The notes beneath the pieces were generated by a model, which had not been told where the DNA came from, made no database searches, and worked only from the letters and a program-made list of their open reading frames with translations. From an uncultured Eubacteriales bacterium (GTDB lineage Bacteria > Bacillota > Clostridia > Christensenellales > Pumilibacteraceae), in contig CACZPH010000048.1 in assembly GCA_902783025.1 (NCBI GenBank), positions 1 to 55,146 of the forward strand: DNA of 55,146 nucleotides. The letters are read 5' to 3'. Positions 1-8,420 of the stretch are shown here, in pieces. Each line of letters opens with the position of its first letter. Within the stretch, counting starts at the first letter, position 1. The position numbers and the translations under genes are program-made.

Positions 1-1
1 A

Positions 2-289
2 CTATACGCGCTTACTTCTCACGCCATCTTCGTCGCTTCGTTCTCGTTCCTTTTGTGCGGACTCGGAATATTCGCTTCCGGATTCTTTACGGCGCTCGGC
101 GACGGTCTTACTTCGGCGATCGTGTCGTTTTTGCGGACGTTCGTTTTTCAGGTGGCGTCCGTTCTCGTTCTGCCTGTTTTTTGGGGCGCGGAAGGCGTGT
201 GGCTCGCGCTCGTTTGTTCCGAGATCTTTTCCGCCTGTGCGTCGGTCGTCGCGCTGCTCCTCAAGCGTAAAAAATATCAATACGTATAG
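2..289 (+). CDS. MATE-family efflux transporter, C-terminal fragment (5' end upstream of window)
   Basis: The frame is open from the window edge to TAG 287-289. The product is hydrophobic and TM-helix rich (GLGIFASGFFTALGDG...VLPVFWGAEGVWLALVCSEIF) with a short basic tail. A hairpin terminator follows. Confidence 0.55.
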   Translation, partial: LYALTSHAIFVASFSFLLCGLGIFASGFFTALGDGLTSAIVSFLRTFVFQVASVLVLPVFWGAEGVWLALVCSEIFSACASVVALLLKRKKYQYV

Positions 290-320
290 CGTAAAACGCG
301 ATTTAAAAAGGTTTTAAATC

Positions 321-349
321 AAAACCCGACCGGCTTTAGATCGGGTTTT
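321..349. terminator. Bidirectional hairpin terminator between the convergent MATE gene and smpB
   Basis: AAAACCCGA (321-329) pairs with TCGGGTTTT (341-349). An A-run and a T-run flank the stem. Confidence 0.6.
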
Positions 350-794
350 ATTTGTAGTTCGCTATTTCTCTGTCGGCGGATCTCGCGATGTCTTTTTGTT
401 TGATCGTTTCTTTCTTGTCGTAGGCGTGTTTGCCCTTGGCGAGAGCAAGTTCTATCTTGACTAAATTTTTGCTGAAATAAACTTTCGTAGGCACTAAAGT
501 ATAGCCCTTTTGCTTAACTTTGCCGTGCAGACGTTCGATCTCTTTTTTGTGCAGGAGCAACGCGCGGTCGCGAAGCGGGCTTTCGTTAAAAGCCGAGCCT
601 TTCTCGTACGGCGAAATAAGGCAGTTTTTGAGAACTAAGCCGCCGTTTTCGAAAAAGCAAAAACTGTCCTTGATGTTGATATGCCCCATTTTGACGGATT
701 TGACTTCGCTGCCCTTAAGGGCGACGCCCGCCTCTATCCGCTCTTCGATAAAGTAATCGAAATAGGCTTTTTTGTTTTCGGTAATTAACTTCAT
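348..794 (-). CDS. smpB: SsrA-binding protein SmpB
   Basis: 148 aa. N-terminus ENKKAYFDYFIEERIEAGVALKGSEVKS and LLLHKKEI...KGYTLVP are typical SmpB motifs. Confidence 0.93.
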   Translation of the reverse strand: MKLITENKKAYFDYFIEERIEAGVALKGSEVKSVKMGHINIKDSFCFFENGGLVLKNCLISPYEKGSAFNESPLRDRALLLHKKEIERLHGKVKQKGYTLVPTKVYFSKNLVKIELALAKGKHAYDKKETIKQKDIARSADREIANYK

Positions 795-2081
795 TTACTT
801 TCCTACGCAGAATTTCGAAAATATTTCTCCCACTATCTCGTCCGAGCTTACCGCGCCCGTAATTTTACCGAGCGCTCTGAACGCGCCGAAAAGATCCGAC
901 GAAACGCAATCGAGCGAAACGTTGCCTAATGACGAAAGCGCGGTCTCCGCGCCTTTTATCGCCTCGTTTACAAGCCCCAAATGCCTGAGATTGTTGATGC
1001 CGCTCTCTCCCACGCTTATTCCTTTGGTCGCCGCGGCGTATATCGCCTCTTTCAGTTCTTCCACGCCCTCGCCGGTAAGCGCGCTCGTCCTGACGGAACG
1101 ATCCGATCGCGGCGTACGTATATCGATTTTGTTTTCGACCAGTATGTCGCAACCGGTCTCGTCCGAAACTTCTCCGGCTTCAATCACCTTGACTACCACG
1201 TCGCTCGTTTCGGCTTCTTTTTCGGCTCTTATTACGCCGATTTTTTCCACTTCGTCGCTCGTTTCTCTGATGCCCGCCGTGTCGGTAAGGACGAATTTTA
1301 TTCCTTTGTACTCGTACGTTTCGTTTACCGTGTCGCGCGTCGTGCCGGCAACCGACGTCACTATGGCTCTGTCGTATCCTACGAGCGCGTTAAAAAGTCT
1401 GCTTTTGCCTACGTTGGGTTTTCCTATAACCGCGACTTTTACTCCGTCGCGCATTATTTTGCCGCTTCTGTACGTGTTTTTGAGCGCGTAAAGGGAGTCG
1501 AGAATTCCTTTTATTTCGGTTTCCGTTTCTTTTTCGGCGGCTTCTTCGATTTCCTCTTCCGGATAGTCGAGCGAAACTTCTATTTTGGCTATAAGCGTCT
1601 TGATCTTTCGTTGAATGTCGTCCACTTTGTTTTGCAGCGCGCCGTTCATCTGGGAATAAGCCGTTCTTACTTGTTCTTCGGTCTGAGCGTTGATAAGGTC
1701 TATTACGCCTTCGCACGCGGTAAGGTCGAGTTTACCGTTTGTAAAAGCCCTTCGCGTAAATTCGCCGCGCTCCGCCATAACCGCGCCTTTCGAAATAAAG
1801 TATTCGATTATTTCGCGCGTAAGTTTTGTCGAGCCGTGGCAGTTTATTTCCACCACGTCTTCGCCCGTGTAAGAGTGCGGCGCGCGAAAATATACGCACA
1901 TACAGTCGTCTTTTACGCTTCCCGTATCGAGCGTTCCGTAATACATATAACGCGGTTTTGCGTTTCTCAAAAGCGGGAAAACTTCGCTTACCAGTTTCAA
2001 AGCGTCGTCGCCGCTCAATCTTATTATCGCTATCGCCGAAAGAGTCGGCGGCGTTGAAAGCGCTATTATCGTCTTATTCAT
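795..2081 (-). CDS. mnmE: tRNA modification GTPase MnmE (TrmE)
   Basis: Has an IIALSTPP N-terminus, G-domain motifs GKPNVGKS and DTAGIR, and the C-terminal FCVGK. I trimmed the track ORF to the ATG at 2079-2081 (MNKTIIAL). Its stop codon abuts the smpB start (TAAATG). Confidence 0.93.
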   Translation of the reverse strand: MNKTIIALSTPPTLSAIAIIRLSGDDALKLVSEVFPLLRNAKPRYMYYGTLDTGSVKDDCMCVYFRAPHSYTGEDVVEINCHGSTKLTREIIEYFISKGAVMAERGEFTRRAFTNGKLDLTACEGVIDLINAQTEEQVRTAYSQMNGALQNKVDDIQRKIKTLIAKIEVSLDYPEEEIEEAAEKETETEIKGILDSLYALKNTYRSGKIMRDGVKVAVIGKPNVGKSRLFNALVGYDRAIVTSVAGTTRDTVNETYEYKGIKFVLTDTAGIRETSDEVEKIGVIRAEKEAETSDVVVKVIEAGEVSDETGCDILVENKIDIRTPRSDRSVRTSALTGEGVEELKEAIYAAATKGISVGESGINNLRHLGLVNEAIKGAETALSSLGNVSLDCVSSDLFGAFRALGKITGAVSSDEIVGEIFSKFCVGK

Positions 2082-3069
2082 CTTTGTTTCCGTCGTACTT
2101 TTCCGGCGGCGGGTTTTCGGTCGTTTCTTTATTGTTCGTTTCTTTTTCCGCTTCTTCGAAAATATCCGTTTTCCGTTCGTTTTCCGCTCTTCTCGCGCTG
2201 GCTTGAGCCTCATAGTACGCGGCGTAATCGAAAGGCTTTCTTTCCGTTCTCAAAACGCCGTTTATTCCCTTTTCTTTCAGTTCGGGATTATCTTCGATAA
2301 TTTTTTCGTCTTTAAGCGTTTCTTCGTAAAAAACTCTGAGTATTCCGGCGTACACGGCTTCGCAATAGAACGTGAACAACGCTCTCAATATTTCCGCAAA
2401 AACTCCCCCGATAAGAGGAACGATTCCGATTATCGCCGACGCGATCCCCAAACCAAAAGAAAACAATAAAACCCATAAATAGAAGACTATCGACTGTAAA
2501 AACAATCTTTCTTTTCTTCCTTTCATGAGCCTTTGGCTTTCTCTTATGCATTCGATACATTTTTTATTCGGATCGTCGTTCTTGATCGAAAAACACAACG
2601 AGTACGAATACGCTTTAACGATACCCGGTATCAGCAAAAGCAGCGACCACAAAAATACTTTTACCGCATAAAGAAGATACAGCTTAAAATACGAAAAAAC
2701 TTTGCCGTACTCTTCTTTTATGACGATTTCTTTGTTTCCTATCACGTTTTTTGCCGCTCCGTACGCGGGCATTACCAAAACGATCCCCGCAACGTAACAC
2801 ACAACGCCGACCGCCGCGTTTATCATGATTTCCGGAAAATATTTTTCTATTATTTTATAATACTCGCTCATAAAGTCGTTTGCGGCGAAACTCTCTATGA
2901 CTTTACCGAGAAGATCGTTTACTTCTCCGTTAAATCCGCGTAATAAAAATATCGATATTATCGCCGACACGAAAAACGGCACGACAAATATAAAAGCAAA
3001 CGCAGGAACGCGTTTGTTTTTTACGGTTTTCAAAAAGGATTTTTTGTAAGTTTCTCCGTATCTTAACAT
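2074..3069 (-). CDS. DUF975-like multi-pass membrane protein with acidic/lysine-rich C-terminal tail
   Basis: Several hydrophobic helices. The start was moved to ATG 3067-3069, which has AGGAG 7 nt upstream. The gene overlaps the mnmE start by 8 nt. Confidence 0.6.
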   Translation of the reverse strand: MLRYGETYKKSFLKTVKNKRVPAFAFIFVVPFFVSAIISIFLLRGFNGEVNDLLGKVIESFAANDFMSEYYKIIEKYFPEIMINAAVGVVCYVAGIVLVMPAYGAAKNVIGNKEIVIKEEYGKVFSYFKLYLLYAVKVFLWSLLLLIPGIVKAYSYSLCFSIKNDDPNKKCIECIRESQRLMKGRKERLFLQSIVFYLWVLLFSFGLGIASAIIGIVPLIGGVFAEILRALFTFYCEAVYAGILRVFYEETLKDEKIIEDNPELKEKGINGVLRTERKPFDYAAYYEAQASARRAENERKTDIFEEAEKETNNKETTENPPPEKYDGNKDE

Positions 3070-3136
3070 AAATAACTCCTTATTTAATAATAATATCATA
3101 AGGGAAAATTAAAGTCAAACGCTTTTTTGTGAGAAT

Positions 3137-3174
3137 AAGTTATCCACGGTGTGAATTAAAAACGTGGATAACTT
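3137..3174. promoter_or_regulatory. Inverted pair of DnaA-box-like sites
   Basis: Perfect 12-bp inverted repeat AAGTTATCCACG (3137-3148) / CGTGGATAACTT (3163-3174). Each arm contains TTATCCACg, an 8/9 match to TTATCCACA. Weaker TTATTCACT boxes lie at 3232-3240 and 3359-3367. Confidence 0.55.
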
Positions 3175-3434
3175 TCCGCTTTTATTTCGACTTTTTTTTA
3201 TTTGATCCGGCTTTTCTTTTTTTATTCACTCTTTCGCTTTCCTAAGTCACGCTTCAATCATCTTCGATCAATGTTTTTGCTTTAATAACTTTTGTGGTTT
3301 TTCTTTCGGTCTTTTTGTTTTTTACACAACATATTGTAGTTTTTTAAAAAAATTTCAGTTATTCACTTTTTCACTTCCCTAATAATAACCGTAATAATAA
3401 AAATTTAAAATAACTAACTCAATCTACGGGAAAG

Positions 3435-3464
3435 TTGACAAGAGCGAGGCGTTTGATTTATAAT
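3435..3464 (+). promoter_or_regulatory. Sigma-A type promoter for rsmG
   Basis: TTGACA (3435-3440), 18-nt spacer, TATAAT (3459-3464). The ATG at 3471 lies 6 nt after the -10 box. Confidence 0.6.
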
Positions 3465-3470
3465 GTGGAT

Positions 3471-4139
3471 ATGTCAGAATATATAACACAATTTTATCCC
3501 GAATACGAAGAGTTTTTCGAAAAGTATAAAAATCTTCTTAAGGAATGGAACGAAAAAATCAACCTTACGGCTATTACCGACGATAACGAAATTTACGAAA
3601 AACACTTTAAGGATTCGCTTCTTGGAGAAAAATTCATAAGCAAGGGCGCGTCGGTTCTGGATATAGGAACGGGCGCGGGTTTTCCTTCTCTTCCCATTAA
3701 GATAGTGAGAGAAGATATAACTCTTACTCTCAACGACAGTCTTAACAAAAGACTTATTTTTCTTAACGAGGTAATAAAAGAACTGAAATTAACGAAAGTA
3801 CGCACTATTCATTCCAGAGCCGAAGATCTCGATAAAAAAGAAAAATACGATTACGTGCTCTCTCGTGCGGTCGCTAAACTTAACACACTCGCGGAATATT
3901 GTCTTCCTTTCGTAAAAGAGGGCGGATATTTTATCGCTTACAAATCCAAAGATACCGACGAAGAAATAAAAGAAGCCGAAAAAGCAATAAAGATATTGGG
4001 CGGAAAAATAGAAAAAACAGAGGAAATACCGTTAAACAACGAAACGGTCAGAAGACTTATTTTTATTAAAAAAATAAAGGAATGCGAAAAAAAATATCCG
4101 CGCGGAAAAAATTTACCGAAAACGAAACCTATTATGTAA
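3471..4139 (+). CDS. rsmG: 16S rRNA (guanine527-N7)-methyltransferase RsmG (GidB)
   Basis: LLKEWNEKINLTAIT, the SAM motif VLDIGTGAGFPSLPIKI and the C-terminal RRLIFIKK are typical. The start is ambiguous: ATG 3471 with no SD (possibly leaderless) or TTG 3435. Confidence 0.88.
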   Translation: MSEYITQFYPEYEEFFEKYKNLLKEWNEKINLTAITDDNEIYEKHFKDSLLGEKFISKGASVLDIGTGAGFPSLPIKIVREDITLTLNDSLNKRLIFLNEVIKELKLTKVRTIHSRAEDLDKKEKYDYVLSRAVAKLNTLAEYCLPFVKEGGYFIAYKSKDTDEEIKEAEKAIKILGGKIEKTEEIPLNNETVRRLIFIKKIKECEKKYPRGKNLPKTKPIM

Positions 4140-4165
4140 AAAGACGGCGAGAGCCGTCTTTTTTT
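4138..4165. terminator. Bidirectional terminator between rsmG and the ABC ATPase gene
   Basis: AAAAAGACGGC / GAGA loop / GCCGTCTTTTT. Confidence 0.75.
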
Positions 4166-4172
4166 GCCGAAT

Positions 4173-5015
4173 TTAAGAAAGTAACATTTTATCGGATAAT
4201 TCTATCGAGGAATTTTCGAACTTTTCGAGAAGATCCTTTACGGTGAGATTTTTCTTTTCTTCGCCCTTAACGTCGTAAACTATCCTGCCTTCGTTCATCA
4301 TAATAAGTCTGTTGCCGTGTTTGATGGCGTCCGACATATTGTGAGTTATCATAAGAGTAGTAAGGTTGTTTTCTTCGACTATCTTATCGGTAAGAGACAG
4401 GACTTTTTTAGCCGTTTTCGGATCGAGAGCCGCGGTATGTTCGTCGAGAAGAAGCAATTTCGGCTTATTGAGAGTCGCCATTATAAGAGTTATGGCTTGT
4501 CTTTGACCGCCCGAAAGAAGTCCGACCTTTGCCGAGAGTCTGTTTTCGAGTCCGAGATCGAAGTAAGCGAGCTGCTCGCGGAAAAGTTCTCTGTCTTTCT
4601 TGGTAAGTCCCCACTTAAGTCCGCGAGGCTTTCCCCTACGGTACGCTATGGCGAGATTTTCCTCTATCATCATATTGGAAGCGGTACCGAGCAAAGGATC
4701 CTGAAAAACGCGCCCCAAATACTTCGCTCTCTTATATTCGCTTCGTTTGGTTACGTCCACGCCGCCGATGATTATTTTTCCGCCGTCGGGCTTAAATACT
4801 CCCGCGATAGCGTTGAGCATAGTGGATTTGCCCGCTCCGTTGCCGCCTATTACCGTGACGAATTCTCCGTCCCTGATAGTAAGGGAAAGATCGGAAAGAG
4901 CGATCTTTTCGTTGATGGTGCCGGGATTAAAAACCTTGGTAACGCCGTCGAGAACGAGCGCGGCCGCGTCCCGCGAAACTTCCGCGGAGGAAACGATATC
5001 GTTTATATCACTCAT
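4173..5015 (-). CDS. ABC transporter ATP-binding protein (COG1101 type, TrpZ-like)
   Basis: Walker A GGNGAGKST, signature LSGGQRQ, Walker B LLLLDEHTAALD. Overlaps the permease stop by 8 nt. Confidence 0.88.
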   Translation of the reverse strand: MSDINDIVSSAEVSRDAAALVLDGVTKVFNPGTINEKIALSDLSLTIRDGEFVTVIGGNGAGKSTMLNAIAGVFKPDGGKIIIGGVDVTKRSEYKRAKYLGRVFQDPLLGTASNMMIEENLAIAYRRGKPRGLKWGLTKKDRELFREQLAYFDLGLENRLSAKVGLLSGGQRQAITLIMATLNKPKLLLLDEHTAALDPKTAKKVLSLTDKIVEENNLTTLMITHNMSDAIKHGNRLIMMNEGRIVYDVKGEEKKNLTVKDLLEKFENSSIELSDKMLLS

Positions 5016-5967
5016 TTTCCTTTACCTCCTCCGCGATAGTTTCGTCGTTTTCCTTTAACTCGACGTCATCGTTTTCCGCGTTTTTGTTGAGTTTTACTTT
5101 CGAAAAATAAGTTTTCTTAAAGTAAGGAATCGACAAGAATACGGCTACTACGACCGCCGACAGCATTTTGAGAAGATCGGTATCGAAGCCGAGCGCTATT
5201 ACGAGTTGATATACCACGTAGTAGACTATTCCTCCGATCGAGCAAGACAGCAACTGAACGAGAAAGTTCCGCGAAAGTTTGCTTACTATCGCGCCGCCGA
5301 TAATGACCGCCGCAAGACCTATTACGATAGCGCCTCTTCCCATATTGATATCGGTAAAGCCCTGATATTGACACAGTAACGCGCCGGAAAGCGCGACGAT
5401 ACCGTTAGACAGCATAAGACCGAGAACTTTGATAAAAGAAGTGTTTATGCCCTGCGCGCGGCTCATATTCTGGTTGTTGCCGGTAGCGCGGATCGAACAG
5501 CCGAGTTCGGTGCCGAAAAACCAATACAAAACGAGCGCTATCACCGCGGTAAAACCGGCTAAAACGAGCAGCGAAACCGGAATATTGAGTTGAGTGATTA
5601 TTACCGAAAACGTACGGCTGGGAATGGCTACGTTAGCCTTGCCGAGCACCTTGAGATTTACCGACCACAAAATCAGCTGAGTAAGTATTCCCGAAAGTAT
5701 TGCGGGTATACCGAGAAGCGTGTGAAAAATTCCCGTAACGAATCCTGCGGCGACGCCCGCCAAAAAAGCGAAGATCATCGCTACCGGAGCGGGAACTCCG
5801 GCGATAAGCGCGACGGAAAAAACTACGGCTCCCGTGCAGATGGATCCGTCCACGGTAAGATCCGCTATATCGAGGACCTTGTAGGTAATATATACGCCGA
5901 TAGCCATCAGACCCCAGATAAGGCCTTGCGCGACGGCTCCCGGCAAGGAGTTGATAAAAGCCAGCAT
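5008..5967 (-). CDS. ABC transporter permease (COG4120 type)
   Basis: About 9 hydrophobic helices. GGAG RBS present. Lies between the binding-protein and ATPase genes in the same operon. Confidence 0.8.
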   Translation of the reverse strand: MLAFINSLPGAVAQGLIWGLMAIGVYITYKVLDIADLTVDGSICTGAVVFSVALIAGVPAPVAMIFAFLAGVAAGFVTGIFHTLLGIPAILSGILTQLILWSVNLKVLGKANVAIPSRTFSVIITQLNIPVSLLVLAGFTAVIALVLYWFFGTELGCSIRATGNNQNMSRAQGINTSFIKVLGLMLSNGIVALSGALLCQYQGFTDINMGRGAIVIGLAAVIIGGAIVSKLSRNFLVQLLSCSIGGIVYYVVYQLVIALGFDTDLLKMLSAVVVAVFLSIPYFKKTYFSKVKLNKNAENDDVELKENDETIAEEVKENE

Positions 5968-5979
5968 ATTATCTCCGGA

Positions 5980-6984
5980 TTATTGTATGGGTTGATAAGA
6001 AGAAGGAACGGTTATACCCGCTTTTTCGCAAAGTTCGGGATTGTAGACGTAAACGGGGTTTTCGTCGGCGGCTACCGCCATTGTGGAAATGTCGGCTTTG
6101 CCGAGAAGGACCTGAGCCGCCATTTTGCCGGTCTTGACGCCGATATTGTAGTAGCTTATCGACAGCGCCGCTATTCCGCAGCCTCTGCAAATACCTTCCT
6201 CGCCCGCGATTATCGGAACGACTTTGCCCGAAGAGGGATAGCAGATGTTGCGTATGATCTCGGTATTGCTCGCCGCCGCGTTGTCGGTAGGAACGTAAAG
6301 CGCGTCGCAAGCGTTGTACGCGCTCGTAACCACCGTCGCTATGTCGTTGGAATCCGAGAACGAGTACAGCGAAACGTTCTTGCCTTTTTGTTCCAAAAAT
6401 TTCTTGACTTGCTTTATCTGATAGTCGGAGTTAGGCTCCGCCGAGCAGTAAATAAGACCTATTTTGTCAGCCGACGGAACGAGCGAAGTTATCATTTCGG
6501 CTTGTTTGTCAAGAGGAGCGAGGTCGCTCGTGCCCGAAACGTTGCCGCCCACCACGCCGTTGTAGTTTTTCAGCGAAAGAGCCACGCCGTATTCGGTGAT
6601 CGAGGTACCCAAAACCGGAATGGTCTCGGTCGCGTTGTACGCTGCCTGAAGCGCCGCGGTCGCGTTAGCCATAATAAGGTCAACGTCCGAAGACACGAAA
6701 CTGTTGACGATAGTCGAGCAGATAGCCGAGTCGCCCTGTGCGTTTTGCTCCCTGAATTCCACGGTCCTGCCCGCCGCCGAAAGTTCCTCGGCAAGCGAAT
6801 CCCTGAATCCCTGCGTAGCCGCGTCGAGCGCGGGATGCTGAACGAGCTGGCAAATGCCGACCACGTATTTTTCCTTGTCGGGGTTTACCTTGATCTTCTT
6901 CGTCGCGGGAGCGCAACCGACCGCGAAAGCGCCTATCACGAGAGCGCACGCGGCGGCAAACACCGATCTTAACGTCTTTTTCAT
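5980..6984 (-). CDS. ABC transporter substrate-binding lipoprotein (COG2984 type)
   Basis: Signal peptide with lipobox (LVIGAFAVGC). The periplasmic-binding-fold sequence is typical of the uncharacterised Trp/Tyr-linked ABC family. AAGGAG RBS present. Confidence 0.8.
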   Translation of the reverse strand: MKKTLRSVFAAACALVIGAFAVGCAPATKKIKVNPDKEKYVVGICQLVQHPALDAATQGFRDSLAEELSAAGRTVEFREQNAQGDSAICSTIVNSFVSSDVDLIMANATAALQAAYNATETIPVLGTSITEYGVALSLKNYNGVVGGNVSGTSDLAPLDKQAEMITSLVPSADKIGLIYCSAEPNSDYQIKQVKKFLEQKGKNVSLYSFSDSNDIATVVTSAYNACDALYVPTDNAAASNTEIIRNICYPSSGKVVPIIAGEEGICRGCGIAALSISYYNIGVKTGKMAAQVLLGKADISTMAVAADENPVYVYNPELCEKAGITVPSSYQPIQ

Positions 6985-7009
6985 AATTTTTCTCCTTGTC
7001 TTAAAATAA

Positions 7010-7036
7010 AAGACTTACCGTTCTACGATAAGTCTT
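7010..7036 (-). terminator. Leader terminator (attenuator) upstream of the ABC operon
   Basis: The minus-strand RNA AAGACUUAUCG-UAGAA-CGGUAAGUCUU forms an 11-bp stem with one G-U pair. It is followed by UUUAUUUU and sits 12 nt before the AAGGAG RBS of the binding-protein gene. Confidence 0.6.
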
Positions 7037-7070
7037 CGTTTACTTTTTTAACGCGAAATTACCGTAGTTT

Positions 7071-7121
7071 TTACACTAAAGCCGTGGAAAAGTAATAGAA
7101 ATAAAAGTAAAACTTTTTCAT
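7071..7121 (-). CDS. Candidate 16-aa leader peptide MKKFYFYFYYFSTALV
   Basis: This ORF is not in the supplied track. It reads ATG AAA AAG TTT TAC TTT TAT TTC TAT TAC TTT TCC ACG GCT TTA GTG TAA. GGAAAG lies 4 nt upstream of the ATG. The ORF sits between the promoter (7152-7180) and the attenuator hairpin. Confidence 0.5.
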   Translation of the reverse strand: MKKFYFYFYYFSTALV

Positions 7122-7151
7122 TTTCTTTCCTTTCGCGATTTTTATGCGTAA

Positions 7152-7180
7152 ATAATACACCCAAAATCCGGTTTTGTCAA
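7152..7180 (-). promoter_or_regulatory. Sigma-A type promoter of the ABC importer operon
   Basis: On the minus strand: TTGACA (7175-7180), 17-nt spacer, TATTAT (7152-7157). Confidence 0.65.
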
Positions 7181-7209
7181 TACCGTTTTTAAAATTAGAA
7201 CGGAATTTT

Positions 7210-8202
7210 TTACAAAAGCACGACCTTTTTTTCTCTGCACTCCTTTTCGGTTTCTTCGTCCCATACGCTCGACTGAACTTCGCCGATGTGCGCGCATTGA
7301 AGAAGCAACATACAAAGCCTCGACTGTCCTATGCCGCCGCCGATAGTGAGCGGAAGTTCTCCGCAAAGAAGCGCCTTGTGAAAAGGAAGAGCGCGGCGGT
7401 AATCGCATCCGGAGATCGTAAGCTGACGGTCGAGAGATTTTTCGTCCACCCTTATTCCCATCGACGAGATCTCGAAGGCGCGGGAAAGAACGTCGTTGTA
7501 GAATATTATGTCGCCGTTAAGGTCCCAGTCGTCGTAGTCGGGCGCGCGGGTGCCGTGAGGCTTACCCGACTTTAAGGCGCCGCCTATCTTCGAAACGAAC
7601 ACCGTTTTGTGCTTTTTCGCTATTTCGTTTTCGCGCTCGTCGGGCGACAAAGACGGATACGCGTCCTCTAATTCCTGCGAAGAAATAAAGAAAACGTCGC
7701 GCGTAAGAGAAAGAGTACAACCGAAGAGAAGATTGACTTTTTCGCTGACTCTGCAAATGCTTCCCACGATCGCGCGCACGGTTTCTTCGAGATATTTTTC
7801 GTTGCGCTCGTCGGGCGTGATTATTTTTTCCCAGTCCCATTGGTCGACGTAGACCGAATGCAGGTTGTCGAGCGTTTCGTCGCGCCGGATGGCGTTCATG
7901 TCGGTATACAGACCTTCGCCGGGAGCAAAGCCGTAACGCTTGAGCGCGAGCCTTTTCCACTTGGCAAGCGAATGCACGACCTGCGCTTCCTTTTTGATAT
8001 AAGGAATGTCGAAAGATACCGGTCGCTCCACGCCGGAAAGGTCGTCGTTAAGACCGCTCTGGGCGGTAACGAAAAGGGGAGCGGAAACGCGCCTTAAGTT
8101 GAGCGCTTCGGCAAGTTCGGACTGAAAAGTCTGCTTGATGTACGAAATAGCCTTTTGCATTTCGTAGCCGTTGAGTCTTGTTTTGTAAGAATCGGGTATC
8201 AT
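7210..8202 (-). CDS. asnA: Aspartate--ammonia ligase (asparagine synthetase A)
   Basis: 330 aa. The N-terminus (YEMQKAISYIKQTFQSELAEALNLRRVSAPLF) and the class-II-synthetase-like core (LPLTIGGGIGQSRLCMLLL) are characteristic of AsnA. Confidence 0.9.
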   Translation of the reverse strand: MIPDSYKTRLNGYEMQKAISYIKQTFQSELAEALNLRRVSAPLFVTAQSGLNDDLSGVERPVSFDIPYIKKEAQVVHSLAKWKRLALKRYGFAPGEGLYTDMNAIRRDETLDNLHSVYVDQWDWEKIITPDERNEKYLEETVRAIVGSICRVSEKVNLLFGCTLSLTRDVFFISSQELEDAYPSLSPDERENEIAKKHKTVFVSKIGGALKSGKPHGTRAPDYDDWDLNGDIIFYNDVLSRAFEISSMGIRVDEKSLDRQLTISGCDYRRALPFHKALLCGELPLTIGGGIGQSRLCMLLLQCAHIGEVQSSVWDEETEKECREKKVVLL

Positions 8203-8232
8203 AAAGAAAACTCCGTGTTTTAATATTTTTCG

Positions 8233-8261
8233 ATTATATAACTTTTTGCGCCCAAAGTCAA
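8233..8261 (-). promoter_or_regulatory. Sigma-A type promoter of asnA
   Basis: On the minus strand: TTGACT (8256-8261), 17-nt spacer, TATAAT (8233-8238). Confidence 0.65.
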
Positions 8262-8346
8262 TACCAAAAGAAAAATATCGCCTTTGTAAATATAAATATC
8301 TATTATTCGTTTTGATAATAGTTGGCGTTTTCGCGCCCGCAATTCA

Positions 8347-8375
8347 TTGACTTTTGCTTCGGTATGTGCTAAAAT
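8347..8375 (+). promoter_or_regulatory. Sigma-A type promoter of asnS-aspS (extended -10)
   Basis: TTGACT (8347-8352), 17-nt spacer, TGcTAAAAT (8367-8375). Confidence 0.6.
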
Positions 8376-8420
8376 TAAATGAAAATTCAAGCCGAAACTA
8401 AATTTCAGGCGGAGGACAAC

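Noticed and set aside
981-2057. 358-aa plus-strand ORF, plus ORFs 772-1491, 1826-2206 and 2533-2943
   Set aside because: They are antisense or out of frame relative to mnmE and the DUF975 gene, both of which carry diagnostic motifs. The products are repetitive and R/F/S-rich.
5590-6972. 460-aa plus-strand ORF (also 4317-5039 and 4747-5058)
   Set aside because: They are antisense to the ABC permease, binding-protein and ATPase genes, which show Walker motifs, TM helices and a lipobox.
6985-7150. T-box riboswitch upstream of the ABC importer (and upstream of asnS)
   Set aside because: The ABC leader is only about 160 nt. I could find no specifier-loop or T-box (AGGGUGGNACC-like) sequence. The asnS leader is only about 40 nt. 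The leader-peptide attenuator model fits the ABC leader better.
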